This document shows positions 1-12,400 of a stretch of 64,000 nucleotides of DNA, piece by piece; the stretch's first letter is position 1, and the number at the start of each line of letters is the position of its first letter. The stretch is from Paraphysomonas bandaiensis (Eukaryota; Protista; Chrysophyceae). Location of the stretch: the NCBI GenBank assembly GCA_965644295.1, contig CBFFRP010000217.1, positions 186,001 to 250,000 on the forward strand. Direction: 5' to 3'. The position numbers were made by a program, and so were the translations under genes. Under the pieces are notes generated by a model. That model saw nothing but the letters and a program-made list of their open reading frames with translations, was not told the origin of the DNA and did not search any database.

Positions 1-3000
1 CTGTGCAGAAGAATACTCGATGTCCCGTCATGCTCCTGGCTGCTGCTGATGCTGTATGCTGCCCCCCACACACTCACCTTAAAGTTATTAGAAGAAGTGT
101 GTATGTGATGCGTTATTTGGATTATACTAACTTTGTTATAGCTTGTGACTATATTTTCCGCTGCTCGCAAACTCCCGAAGGGGCTTGGCGTTAGAGGGTC
201 GAGGGGAAAAGCCCATCTCAGTCCCGATGATCACGCTTCTATTGTTCTGGCATGCAAGGAGGCTATCCGTCTCACACTGGTATTGTCAGGCAAGATTATT
301 GCACATCCATTGGAATCGAGGAGTCCTGTGTGGCTACTTGAGCTCAAGCTTCTAAGTGAGGAGGACGTAATGCAATGCGCCCTTTCGGTCAACTCTCTCT
401 TGTATGAGTTAGAAATTAACCCAAAGCGGATGCTTATCTCCCACGAAGTGTCGAATATTATATCTTCCTTAGGTGCGAGGTTGCAGCGGTTTGAGAAGAT
501 ATACATGCGACTTCACAAGTTAGATAAAGAACTGAAAGATCGTAACAAGGACCTTCTTAAAGCAAGGAGAGATTTCAGCTCTATGCTGTATGAGGTGGCC
601 CATGTCGGTAAGTAAATGCTACTATATCTATAACCTGCTCATGAAATAATCATCAGAAAATGAGGAACAACTAGATATCCCAATAGACTACTACTTGAAA
701 GAGAATGACGACATGAAATGGTTGTACGAGATTAAGGTCAAACGAAAAGCCGCTAAAGATAAAGTGCAAGATGAGTTCGTGTTGTGTCGCGGCCATTTTG
801 ATGTAACTTTTTCTTGCATCCGCTGTATGTGTATCCTGGTCTCTCGCGTGGTAGCAATGTACACGGGGTTACACCTAGATACGACTTCACTTGTTCCTCT
901 TGGCACTGACAGTACTCTCCCGAGCACTCGCAACGTCTCCGCAGCACTATATCCGACAATATACGGGGGCAATTCCTCTGCAGCTGACGGTAATGCCTCT
1001 CAGAAAGATGCTCTTGTGACTAGTTTGTTGCGGGAAGTTCCATGGGATAAACTGGCGAGTATTGCATACATTGAGCGGCGTGTCAGTGGTACTGTGTGTG
1101 CCCGGCTACTGGCCGCTACAGCATGTAAGCTGTCGGATATTTTACAGTGCAGACTTGTTCCATGGGCAAAGCGTGCGCTTGATGACATTGTTAATCTGCC
1201 CAGGTCCTCAATTTATATTATGTGATACTACTATATTTTTCGCATTCCCTGTGCATTATGTCTTTTATTAAGAATGAACTTTCAACTGCGAATTTTTAGG
1301 TGGTATCCAGTTATTGAAGACATTCCAGATGTTGAACTACCTGATTCTCCTAGGGGCGACATATTTGATTCCAATTTCGTGGATGATACTCCAAGAGAGT
1401 CGCCAACTGTGTTTTTCCGTCGCCCTATGACTGTAGATACACGTATTTCGACCGCCCTGGCCTTTTGGGCTTCTAGGGGAAACAGAGCGGTGTCCTCGCG
1501 TATGGCTAGTTGGAAGAATACTGTGGACGACGGATCAGATGAAAGTAGTTTGTGGTCTCAAGTGGTCGTCCTGGCCGAGAATAAAAGCGAGATCATTATG
1601 AACGCGGATGAGTACTACAATAAAACTGACCCGTCGCGCACATTTCGAGAAATGGATCTGAAAAACAAAGCGACTGTGCTACAAGAGTTGGATGTAGATA
1701 ACTCTGACAGTGACTCGGATAGTGAAAGTATGTCGGGGGATAGCTCAGTTGATGTCCCTCACTCTGAGGACGGCATATCATTGGAGCCTAGACATAATAA
1801 GGTTTTCAAACTAATGGTTAGAGATGATTATGCTATGGCAGTTCTTCATCTGTCAGCAACCGAATTTCCTGACGAAAATTCTGAGGAGTTTGATTTATAC
1901 AAAGACGGAAATAAAATATGCAAACAGTAAGTGTGATCGTTTTTTATTTATTGAGATAATTGTACCAATAGCGCCTATAATTGTGCGAGGTATATTCACG
2001 AGGAACTGTATGGTCATATGGATAAACTCTTAAAGTTCAGTCTTGAAGGGCCAGCTGGGGAGGAAATAAACAGGTTTAATCATCCACTTCAGATCGTCAC
2101 GTCGCTTATAGACCAGGACTGTTCTCGTAAACTTTCGACTGAACTTTGCTGTGTTCCACCCGCTTGTATGCGCTACTTGCTCTCTTGCTGTCAAGGGATT
2201 CGCCCTTGCGTCGTTGATATCGTTGTTCGCTCTGCGGCCATGAGCGTAGTCACCAGCGCACTGGGAGGTTCCTTTCCATGGTTCATTCATCCATCCGAAG
2301 CACCGTGCCATGAGCATGTATTGTCAAGTACTCAGTCCCGTCGACAGCAGCTGCAGCAGTCGGATATCAATTCTGTGCCTCACTTGAAGCTGTATCGATA
2401 TTGTGAATCTGTACTGGTTAAAGTAGTTGAGGAATTTGCTGAAACACTTTACTACAGCCGCCGGCAGGATTTCTTACCACTAGGGGAAAATGGAAGGTCT
2501 CATATCTCTAGAATATTGAGACTCTTTGCGGTTGTTGCTGACATTAATGACGAATTGATCAGGTAAAACACATTGGAAGTATGTGAAGTTAAATTAATTT
2601 TATTTCAGAAAGAACTTGGTGGCGAGTATGGAAAAGCGACTACAAGAAAAGGTAGTGAAAGATCAGTTTTGGCCTCCACTGACAGCACTTGGAACGGATG
2701 TCATGTGGCTTGCACCGTTTGTAGTACTCTGGCAGGTAAAATTTAATGTTTTCTTCTGTTGGCGCACTTGAATATATGGATTAGGGAGGTGTGTCTCGAT
2801 TAGTGTGGGCTTATAGGAAGTCACGACCGTGGAGAGGAGAGGAGGTAGACGACGAGCTCTTCGGAAACTCGGTGTACCGATGCAACAATGACATCTGCCG
2901 AAACTTCACTGCTCTGCTGGCAACGCTGTGCTCTGCAAATGATGATATATGTTTATCGATGGGAGACTATGCAACGGTGACGACCGAAGCCATGCTTACG

Positions 3001-5232
3001 GCATTACAGAACAGAGATAGACCACTTTGCCAGGTGATCTCTAACTTAGCGTGTGTGTGTAAAAAAGTGATATTTTTTCTCAGCAATTATTCCGACTGGC
3101 GACATGTATTGTAAATGCTGGAAAGACGCCAATGTTTTCTGGTGACAAGTTCACAACTACTGTTCCCTTTGACGCACCAGCCACATATTTCAGAATACTT
3201 TTCTTTCAAGTAAGATTCTACTTTTTATTGAACTGACATGATTGACATGTATTTCAGGAGGGGAATGCTCTTGACATTGCGTGTGAAATGCTTATTGATT
3301 CACATAATGACATATGGGGTATTGATCCTGCCAGAGACGAAAAACAGAAATCTCAACGTCATGGAGGTGCGCAGCACGGAGCCACAGAAAATAGTAAAAC
3401 TAATGAAAACAGCCTTCCTCAAATTGGTAATTGCCGCAAGAGAAATTCCGGCGCAGTGGAAACAATGCAAATTGACAGCGACGAGAAGCTACCTGCAATT
3501 GCTGGTGCTTCTCCGAGAATCGAGCAACAACAAGGTTTTAAATTATGTGAGGAGAGACCTGATGCATGTGAAGGAGTTCAGAAGGATGACAGCAGCGTAG
3601 ATGACGGCTGGAGTGAGGATGACGACGGAGATTACTCCGTCATGAAAGTAATCACTGAGTGGGACGAGAAGTTTGCAGAAGAGAAAGCCCGTGTGGCCAA
3701 GGACTTTGCATTATTTTCTCTGGAATGTATAGTAGAGCTGTGTGAAAGTCGATTAGAACTGCAGGACAGGGTGTATGAAAAGTCACCCGGTCTGTTTCAT
3801 TGTTTATATGGTATGTTATTGCACTGCTTTGCTCGCTGTATCTCCGTTGATATGCAGTTTAGGTTTACTGACCCCTAAAAAGCGAAACTTTGATAGAGAA
3901 ACTGACATCAAGTGTGACGTGATGGAATATACTATTGCGAGTGATGGCTCTCTTTCTCTTGGGAATTTTCGGCCACATATGGGTATTGTTGGTGCTACGG
4001 CCAAAGCAATTCGTGTTCTTGTTAGAAGGCATGCGAAGATTCGCACGCTCGTGCGCAATTCCGGCTGTGTAGTTGGTCTCATCGATGCTCTTGATATGTC
4101 GTACGCTATTGATGACAAAGTGCTTGGAATACATGTGGTAACGGCAATAGAGCAGTTAATTATAAGAAATGTCGAAGCATGGTAATCGAATCCTACTTTA
4201 AATTCTGCACTTGATATTATTCCACTTATATCAGGGATTTCGTAAAGAGTGCGGCTGGTATGAAGGGTCTCCTACAACTTTGCCACATGGGAAATGCTGC
4301 TGTTAGAATAATTGCGAGCACAGAAATTATATCTCGAATACATCCTGTACACGATCGTAGTATATATGCTGTAACTGAAGATGTACTGAACAACAATGGC
4401 CTCTCAACTATTATACGGATGCTCCATTCGAACAATGGAGGGGTTCAAACCAATGCATTGACTCTCCTGCGCTCATTATGTGTGAATAAGCTGGCATGTC
4501 GCCGAGCAGTACTGACTCCAGAATTTATTGCCGAGATTGCTGTGCTACTGTTCTCACCTGAAGTGTCTGTTGTTCGCGTGGCTTGTGAAGTTATGCTTGT
4601 TCTTGGCGCAGAAGATCAGTTCACGTTGCGCAAGCTTGTGGAGAGCATGGAAAGTAGTGTTGCGGTGTTGGAAGGATATGACACAGGGGTGCTGGACAGG
4701 TGCAATATTGCATATTTTCATTACGTATGAGTTACTTTTGTGTTCTACTATAGGTACACTAATGAAAATGGGACGGGAATGTCAATCTCTGCTCGTCTGA
4801 TGGATATTGTCAAGGGGGTGCTCTCAGTCCAACCGATAAGTGAAACAGCTTTCAAACGTAGCTGTAGTAGTCCTGGTAACATCGAAGAGTATCCAGAGAC
4901 TCTTGTTGCCATGTCTGACAGGTCAACATTGACTAATACGTTTTATACCACAGAGCGCATAACAGCAGAATTTTATGATGATCCCCGTCTAATACAAGAA
5001 CTTGTTTCCCTTTCAAATTTAGCTGCCAACGTCTTAGCAGGAATGACAGGTACGTCTATGAGAATGGTTATCCTCTTTGACCGTGTGTGCAGATAGTGAA
5101 GAGGCTAATTGGCCAGATGGTGGTGCTCCTCTACGACATACAATGAAAGCGTCAGGCTTACTTCCAGGAATAGGAGATTTGGAAGGAAGGAAGCCTAGTG
5201 ATGGAAATATATTAAATTATAAAGCGTACTAA
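1..5232 (+). CDS. Large multi-exon protein with C-terminal armadillo/HEAT-like repeats; 5' end lies outside the window
   Basis: Chain of same-strand ORFs (145-615, 695-1225, 1274-1930, 2018-2566, 2791-3114, 3288-3878, 3775-4185, 4260-4730, 4740-5096) separated by short GT-AG introns. ARM-like text 'LNNNGLSTIIRMLHSNNGGVQTNALTLLRSLC' and 'VRNSGCVVGLIDAL'. Last exon reads DSEEANWPDG...NYKAY with TAA at 5230-5232. Confidence 0.7.
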
Positions 5233-5673
5233 TTTCTAAATAATAGCGTTGTGTGAATAGCCGGTCATGTTGTCTCGTGCGTGTCAGTATTTTAATTTTA
5301 TGTGAGGTGTTGTGGCTTACATGCTACCTGGAATGTATTGTGTGTATTGTAAATTTGTAAATTATTAATTGCAGTCATTGTAAATTATTAATTTACTATG
5401 TAAATATAGCTGGCACTTGATTCGCAAAATATCTTCTGTACATTGAAATAGCATTCACATGACTACAATATACATACTCACCAGTGATAGGAGTTTTTCC
5501 AACAAACTATGCATATATTTTCGAATGTAGACCTAATATTACAATATATAAAACATAAATATATAATTCTATGATCCTATATACTATATAATAGCTTCTG
5601 TTAAGTCTGGAATGATATGCTCTTAAACGAGCTTCGTATAAATGCCGAAGTTATATGTCGACTGTTGAAATCA

Positions 5674-6537
5674 CTATTCAGCAACAGCCCACATAACCTC
5701 TTCAAATTCCATGCATATCGAAAATCCGAGGCTTTTATAACATTTCACTGCTGCTAAATTATCGCTGGCGACGTTTAGTCCTATGTACTTGATATCATCT
5801 CGAATCAACCGCTGTACTAGTGCAGCAGTGACAGAAGTAGCTAGGCCACATTTTCTGTGCAGTGGATGCACCGCTATGTTTCCCAAAGCAGCCACCCGAT
5901 GACGCTTCGAGCAAACATGCACACCTGCGATTGCACATATGTTGCTATTTGTCGTTTCACACCGCCGAGCAGAACGAATACACAGCATGCATCCAGTAGA
6001 CAGCATGCGAGGATCAAACCAATTGTTAGGGTACGCAAGTGAATAAAATGCACTGACTTCCTCATGATCTGACGGTGACAAGGGCTCCACGGCACTGGTA
6101 TCAACACCCCACACTGCATCAGCATTTGACAAATAATACCGCTGATATGGTACTCTAGACTCGATAATATATCCGTGAAGACGTGTATGAAGAGCCTCCA
6201 CTAACCCCTCTGCTAGATGAGAGTGAAACCGCTGCGGCATATCAGACACATCAAACAGTTCGCTTCTGATGAGCCTCTCACCCCACTCGACACGTGACCC
6301 CAGAGCAACCAGAGTTGGTGGGTTGGATCCTGTGTAGAGTAATACGGTGAACTGTGTGTGTTGGTTGACAGATACAGATATCCATGAGGTGTGCGGCCAG
6401 AAGATATCGTCCAGATCGCCCATCTCATACAGGTGGATGTAGGGGCTGTCGCGCAGGAAGAAAGAGGCCAGATCATCCTGTGAGTGTATCTTATGGATAC
6501 ACATGCCCTCTGTCTCTACTGGAGCTGTGTATGACAT
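5674..6537 (-). CDS. GNAT-family (FR47-like) N-acetyltransferase, intronless
   Basis: 287-aa ORF. Acetyl-CoA motif A 'LGNIAVHPLHRKCGLATSVTAAL' and motif B 'GLNVASDNLAAVKCYKSLGF'. Confidence 0.9.
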   Translation of the reverse strand: MSYTAPVETEGMCIHKIHSQDDLASFFLRDSPYIHLYEMGDLDDIFWPHTSWISVSVNQHTQFTVLLYTGSNPPTLVALGSRVEWGERLIRSELFDVSDMPQRFHSHLAEGLVEALHTRLHGYIIESRVPYQRYYLSNADAVWGVDTSAVEPLSPSDHEEVSAFYSLAYPNNWFDPRMLSTGCMLCIRSARRCETTNSNICAIAGVHVCSKRHRVAALGNIAVHPLHRKCGLATSVTAALVQRLIRDDIKYIGLNVASDNLAAVKCYKSLGFSICMEFEEVMWAVAE

Positions 6538-7104
6538 ATGTCAGATATCTGACTGCTAACACTCGTGCATTGAGCTCTTGTCTGCATCTCTAGCAGCACA
6601 GTGCATACATTACACGTACACAGTATAAGCACTCAGAATATAAAAACACAGGCTTTTAACAATCATCTATCGACTAATACCCCAAAATATTCTCTACAAA
6701 GTCGTTCAACTCCTAAATAAGTAGGTTTTTCAGGTCATAGAAAATCAGATTATCTACTAGATATTCGGATATCTTGACCTCACCAAATACTGCAGATAAT
6801 ACTACAGAGTTCTGTATTCGAATATCGTCACTCGCCAGTGAGTTGTTTTTGTGGTCCCGAACTCTCCACTTCATGTTCCGGTTTGACCGTCCGCGGATAC
6901 ATGATCTTCGTCAGTATGAATATCTGTGTAGGTGTGTGTAGGTGTGTGTAGGTGTGTGCAGGTGTGTGTATGTATCAAAATCAAATCAAATTTTTGGGTG
7001 ATTTCTGAGTGAGAAAGAGACGAGACGGAACAATCCAGCCATACGCTACCCGCCCAGCCCACATCCAGCCCACATCCACATCCACCACACTATCTGTCAA
7101 GAGA

Positions 7105-8399
7105 ATGATCGATGACAGTGTGGTTGATACAAATTCAAAGAGTGCTACATGTGTATTCGTGAAGAAGTTGTTTGATATGGTGGAGGGGTCGTCTGATGTC
7201 ATCTCATGGGTGGCAGAGGGAACGGTACGCATACATCCCTCTCATGTCCCTCTCATGTCCCTCATATATGATGACAGGCATTTGAAGTCAAGGATCCGAA
7301 GAGATTAGAGAGTGAAGTGCTGCCAGTGTTCTTCAGACACTGTCGCTTTCAGTCACTCGTCAGACAGCTTAACTTCTATGCGTTTAAGAAGGTCAGCAAA
7401 GAGAGGAGCTCGTGGGTCTATAGTCATGAGTACTTTCGACGTGATCGACCGGATCTGCTGGATAGAATGCGAAGAAAAACAAACAATCTCTGTGCGAAAC
7501 GGAATCGACGGGAGCGATCTTCCAAAAACAAGAAACGTCAATTCACTCCTTCCTCTATGTGCTCTTCGGACGACAGCTCAGAAGAGTCATGTGACAATGA
7601 GTATGCTATGACAAACACAACTTACCATTTGTTATCAATGAACCAACCCCGCCCCTCTGAAGGTGGATCATGGAACTCTCCTGGCGGGTATAACGGGTCG
7701 GGTAGTAGCTGCGACTCGGAAGAGCTTCATTCTGACGATGATGTGGACTATGAAGAGGTTTTAGGAAGCTGGGATACTGTGCATCACTTTTTTCTCAGTG
7801 GGTCGGCTGGACAGGAGAATTCAAGCTTGGGAGACCATGTGGGCAATAGCAACAGTGTGGTTCAGGTTTTACGGGCTAACGAAACGGATATGGACGCTAA
7901 AGAGTCAGCTCAGGCAGCATATCAGCAGCATCTTCTCAAGTTTTGTCTTTCACGAAACCCCTGGCAGGATACACAGGCGCTGTTTGCGGATATTCATGGA
8001 CTGTTATCTGACCACGCGGATATGACCAGCGAGCTAAATGCTTATGCCTCCGCACTGGCCCCTCCCCCCACTCGCCCCGCGCTGTCGACCTTGCTCTCCG
8101 CTTGTGTACAATTGGAGGCTCAGTCCACTGTGAAAGAAGAATCTACATCTACTGATAAGTCTACTAAGTTTTCCCCTCTTACAAATGGCACCTCTGGCGA
8201 GTCGACCATTCCTTGTATTTTGCAAGCTAACGAAATTACCCTAGTTCGCACATTTATTGCCTTCGCCCTTGCCTGCCTGCATGACGCTTGCCATAGTGAA
8301 TTGGTTGTCGTGTCTCCCGAGGTATCAGAAGGTGCATTTAAGTCCGTCCTTGGTATGTGCGTTGATAACTGGTCCAGCTATGCGAAGATTTGCACCTAG
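7105..8399 (+). CDS. Heat-shock-factor-type (HSF) DNA-binding transcription factor
   Basis: Removing intron 7225-7277 gives 'FVKKLFDMVE...VISW...GT|AFEVKDPKRLESEVLPVFFRHCRFQSLVRQLNFYAFKKV...YSHEYFRRDRPDLLDRMRRK', the HSF DNA-binding consensus. Confidence 0.92.
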
Positions 8400-8869
8400 T
8401 ATGCGACAAAACAACTATTTCAGTCATTATCTAGTAGTGTTGGGTGTGACATAGTACGCCATGGCACCTACACTGCTATGTACGTTTCAAAATATATCAT
8501 TGCATACATGTTTTTCTATATTGATGTTATTAATATTGCCGGAATCACTGGCCATTGTCATTCGTTTGAGTAATGATATTGCCAATGGGCTTGTAGTTGT
8601 AGTGGATTGTTATTGATACAAGTATTTATTTAGTGCCTATTTGAATATGAACGAAATCGGTAAGAGTAAGTTATGGCACAATTTTGATTTCAATATCAGC
8701 TATCTATGGTTTCATGTTGGAATGCATTATCTCAGTGAGAATCAGGACTGCGTATCAATTAATTGACGCAGGTTGTAGTTTTTACTTGTTGTCTCAATTT
8801 CAATTATTGCAATTATTTAGTGTTAACATACACTAGCTGTAAATATATAGCTACCTCTACGGTCATTTC

Positions 8870-9270
8870 ATTCCAGAGGCGACGACTCATTCGTATAAAC
8901 ATGAGTAGCTCTTAAATGTCGAGGAGTCAAGATCTTGCGCAAACCCGTCATATCAATCATAGCTCTACTGAACAACCTTTCAACCTTATTGGTTGTGGCA
9001 TTCAAGTGCTTCATGTTGCGGTAACGAGATTGCTGGTTAAGTCTTTCTCGCTTCCGCTACCTGCTACCATCAATCAAACGTTGCGCTGCGTCTGCCACAT
9101 TGAATCTTCACGACTGCCTTTTAGAAAGCAGCGTTATGAATAATAGTAGCACTGTCGCCCAGATGACGCTCGACAATCGGGTGCCTTATGATGAGATCAT
9201 CAAACAATGTACAAACGTCGTGGAGATCAAGCTTGTGTTCGCCTTACTTCTGTAATTGTAAGGACACTAG
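8870..9270 (-). pseudogene. Decayed hAT-superfamily transposase C-terminal fragment
   Basis: Minus strand reads LQLQK*...LDLHDVCTLFDDLIIRHP...HNAAF*KAVVKIQ, then SRYRNMKHLNATTNKVERLFSRAM...LRKILTPRHL. This is the hAT dimerisation motif (S/TNxxERxFS), with stops and frameshifts. Confidence 0.75.
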
Positions 9271-9414
9271 TTGAAACAATTCCAATTCCGACAAAACCAC
9301 TGATAGTGCCGGTCACATCATCATTAGAAGACTAATAACTTAGGTAAAATAATGCAACGTCTCAAAATAAATATTGGGCGCACTTCTAACAGAAGTACGA
9401 TATTTAATACCTAC

Positions 9415-12400
9415 CTACTGCTGAATACTGTGCATTCCTCTTAGAATAACACTGACAAGCTCATCGATATCAACATCACCGCTTCCATCCTTGTCGGCAA
9501 CAGCAATCATAGCGTCCACTTCTTCCCATGACTTTTCAATTCCAAGATTGATGAGAGATTGAAATAACTCTTTCCTGTCAATTGATCCTGATCGGTTGGT
9601 GTCAATGAAAGAGAACAAATCTAGTATTCTTTCTTTGAGATACTTCGCCCGCTCATCAGAATATATATCGTCGTTCTCTTCGTCTGAACCCCCACTTTCA
9701 GACTTGTCCTCGCTTTCTCTATCACCATAAGAATCAACCCTTTGCGCTTCGAAATGATTCCTGATGTTCTCGGAAAAACTTGCTCTGAATTCAGAGGACT
9801 TACGATAATGTGTACGGTCGTAAGCCTTTAGCGCATCAAGCCATCGTGAATACGGAGCGCCATAACGTCTAGTGGTACCACTGCTAATAGTTATATCCTC
9901 ATAGAAAGAATCTGCGGAAACTGAGCGCTGCATATCGTTTACTGTAGAATACTTGGCGTCTTTGCTGTCTGCGGAGGAAGCTGTCGATATAGAGCTGATT
10001 AAGTTTTCTAATACTAGTACACTGATGGCGTTCAGGACTTTGGCTGATTTTCCTTCAATATCATTCTTGAGAGGTGCTGGCGGGAGTTTTGGAACATATT
10101 GGTGCCCTTTAACTTCACTGAAAAGTGATAGAATAAAGTTATATCGCTCAGAAAACGTCATCCTTCCAAATACAGTCCATAAATCTCCGTCAGAAAAGTA
10201 ATATGATTCGGTGTACTCCTCTGCCACTGCGGTGTCTACTCGTATCCCGAGCTTAGACAACAAGCAAAATTCACCGAATTGATAACCAGCCTGGTGAAGA
10301 TCACCCATTCTCTCATGTTTTAACTTTAGCAACATTAAAGCTCCAATGTCGTGGCCTTCTACAGAAGAGTCTTTGGCTAACTTCACCGATACACAACCGG
10401 ACAAAACAAAGAAAACCGAAGCACCAGGATCCGACTCGGAGTAGACATTGGTGGATGGAAGAAGCATCTATAAACTCTAGTTATATCAAAATGCATATTA
10501 TAGAAAAGAATACCTGTGGCTTTAGTATTCCAGCTATTGCATTGCGCAGATCTGGCCGAATGCTCTTAAGTAGCGGGACAGTGTTCATGACATCTTTATT
10601 GAACTCCCATGCTATCGATTCTGCAAGAGGGGTAGATAAAAGTCGTGACAAGGACCCTCTATCATCACCCGTACTTCGGTACCTATTCCAAAGGGTGTGA
10701 TAATGACAACTGATTCTATCTCGAAGGTCTTGAGGGAGGTTTCGGTAATTCATGTATCTATCAATGGTTCGAAGTTTCTCGCTGAAGGAAGCTGATCCAG
10801 ACTTGTCACCAATCTTCAAATATGTCATCATTTGCCCACACAAATTGGCCGCCATACACGCAGCTGTGATAGCAACCACTATTTCATTCAGCACCTCGGC
10901 ATTAGTAAATGGAGCAATATCCCCTGTAAAATATTAAATACCATTTTAGAAGTCGAACCCAATTCCTTACCATACCCAACAGATGTCAAAACTTGTACGA
11001 TGAAATAGAGCGACCTTTCGTAGCAGATGAGAGCAGTGCTGCTGCAAACGTTGTGCTTTCCTTTGCTGTCATCAAACTTTGCATAGCCGTATTCGATTAC
11101 CCATGTTGTCCTATAGTTGTCCTCAATATAGCGATGAGTACAGAAGTACATACATGCCAACAAATGGGTGGCAACTACATATGAAAGCAGACTCCACACA
11201 ACCCTCATTGTTTGCTTATAAAAAGTTAGACCACGATCTTTCATATGGCTTTCAACCTATTAATCAAAAGCCAATGTCAACAAAATCATTTCACTTCAAA
11301 GCAAACAAACCATTGATACTCTTTCGAATAAGTTTCCTAGGCGCAGTAAATGAATCAATCGTAAAGCAAATATATTCCCAAACTCAATATCGCTGGCAAG
11401 AACCAGCATCTCCATTGGAATACTTCCTAGCACATCATACATCAAACTTGCCGAGCTTTTGTACAGCTGTCCTGGATATGGCGTTTCATGAAGCGAAACT
11501 GGAAACAAGTAAAGACGAAAGAGGAGCTCAAGTATGCATAATCCATCCACAACAAAATCAATGAACATGTAGTATTGTTGGTACTCCTCGACATGCTCAC
11601 CAAACATATACGTAATTTCAAATGTTATCACAAATGAGTAATATAACAGTGCAAGAAGGCCAAAAATGTCAACACATAATTTGAAAGTTCCATGACTATT
11701 AGCCAATTTTTGCCAAATATTAGGTGTTACATCTGCATCTAGAGAGCCCACAAGTTTGGATAATTTGGTTCCTTGGTTTTTCACTGCACTAAGATTTTTC
11801 GTAACTGCAGCGTTGCGCCTTGCGTTTGCTTGTTGCAACCTGACAGCAAAGGTCATGCAGTGTTATTCAGTCATCAGGGACGCCAATACACCGTCCTACC
11901 GGTACAGAGCTTGTATAGTGGCATCGGCATCAAAGTCACAGTCTCTGAGCTCGCCATCCAGATCTTCTTTACACAATGAGTAGCATACGCACAGAGTAAG
12001 TGCTATAGCCGAGGCAGTGCGCCTGCTGCGGAACACAAGACCAGTTTCCCCAAAGAAGCGACCATTCTGCTTATGAAAATAACCTGCAATATGTAAAAGC
12101 TTTGGCAGCTTACCTGAAGCTGAGCATACACTGTTTGTCGATCTGCGCTCGTAATCTGTAAAAAAATCAGGCATATGACCAAGACCTAGGTCCGGTACCT
12201 CAACAACGCCACTGTCTATGAAAAACATCTTGTCTCCTAAATCTCCGCTACTGATTATTACATCTTCTGGAGCGTATATTCCCTGTTTGAGCTTCATGCA
12301 CAGCTTTGCCAATATATCATCCGGACAGAAATCAAACAACTGACACCCCTTAAAAAATTTCACTTTTATTTGGACATGTGCGGCCACCTGACAAGAAATG

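Noticed and set aside
8916-9143. 75-aa plus-strand ORF
   Set aside because: It is the antisense shadow of the decayed hAT fragment.
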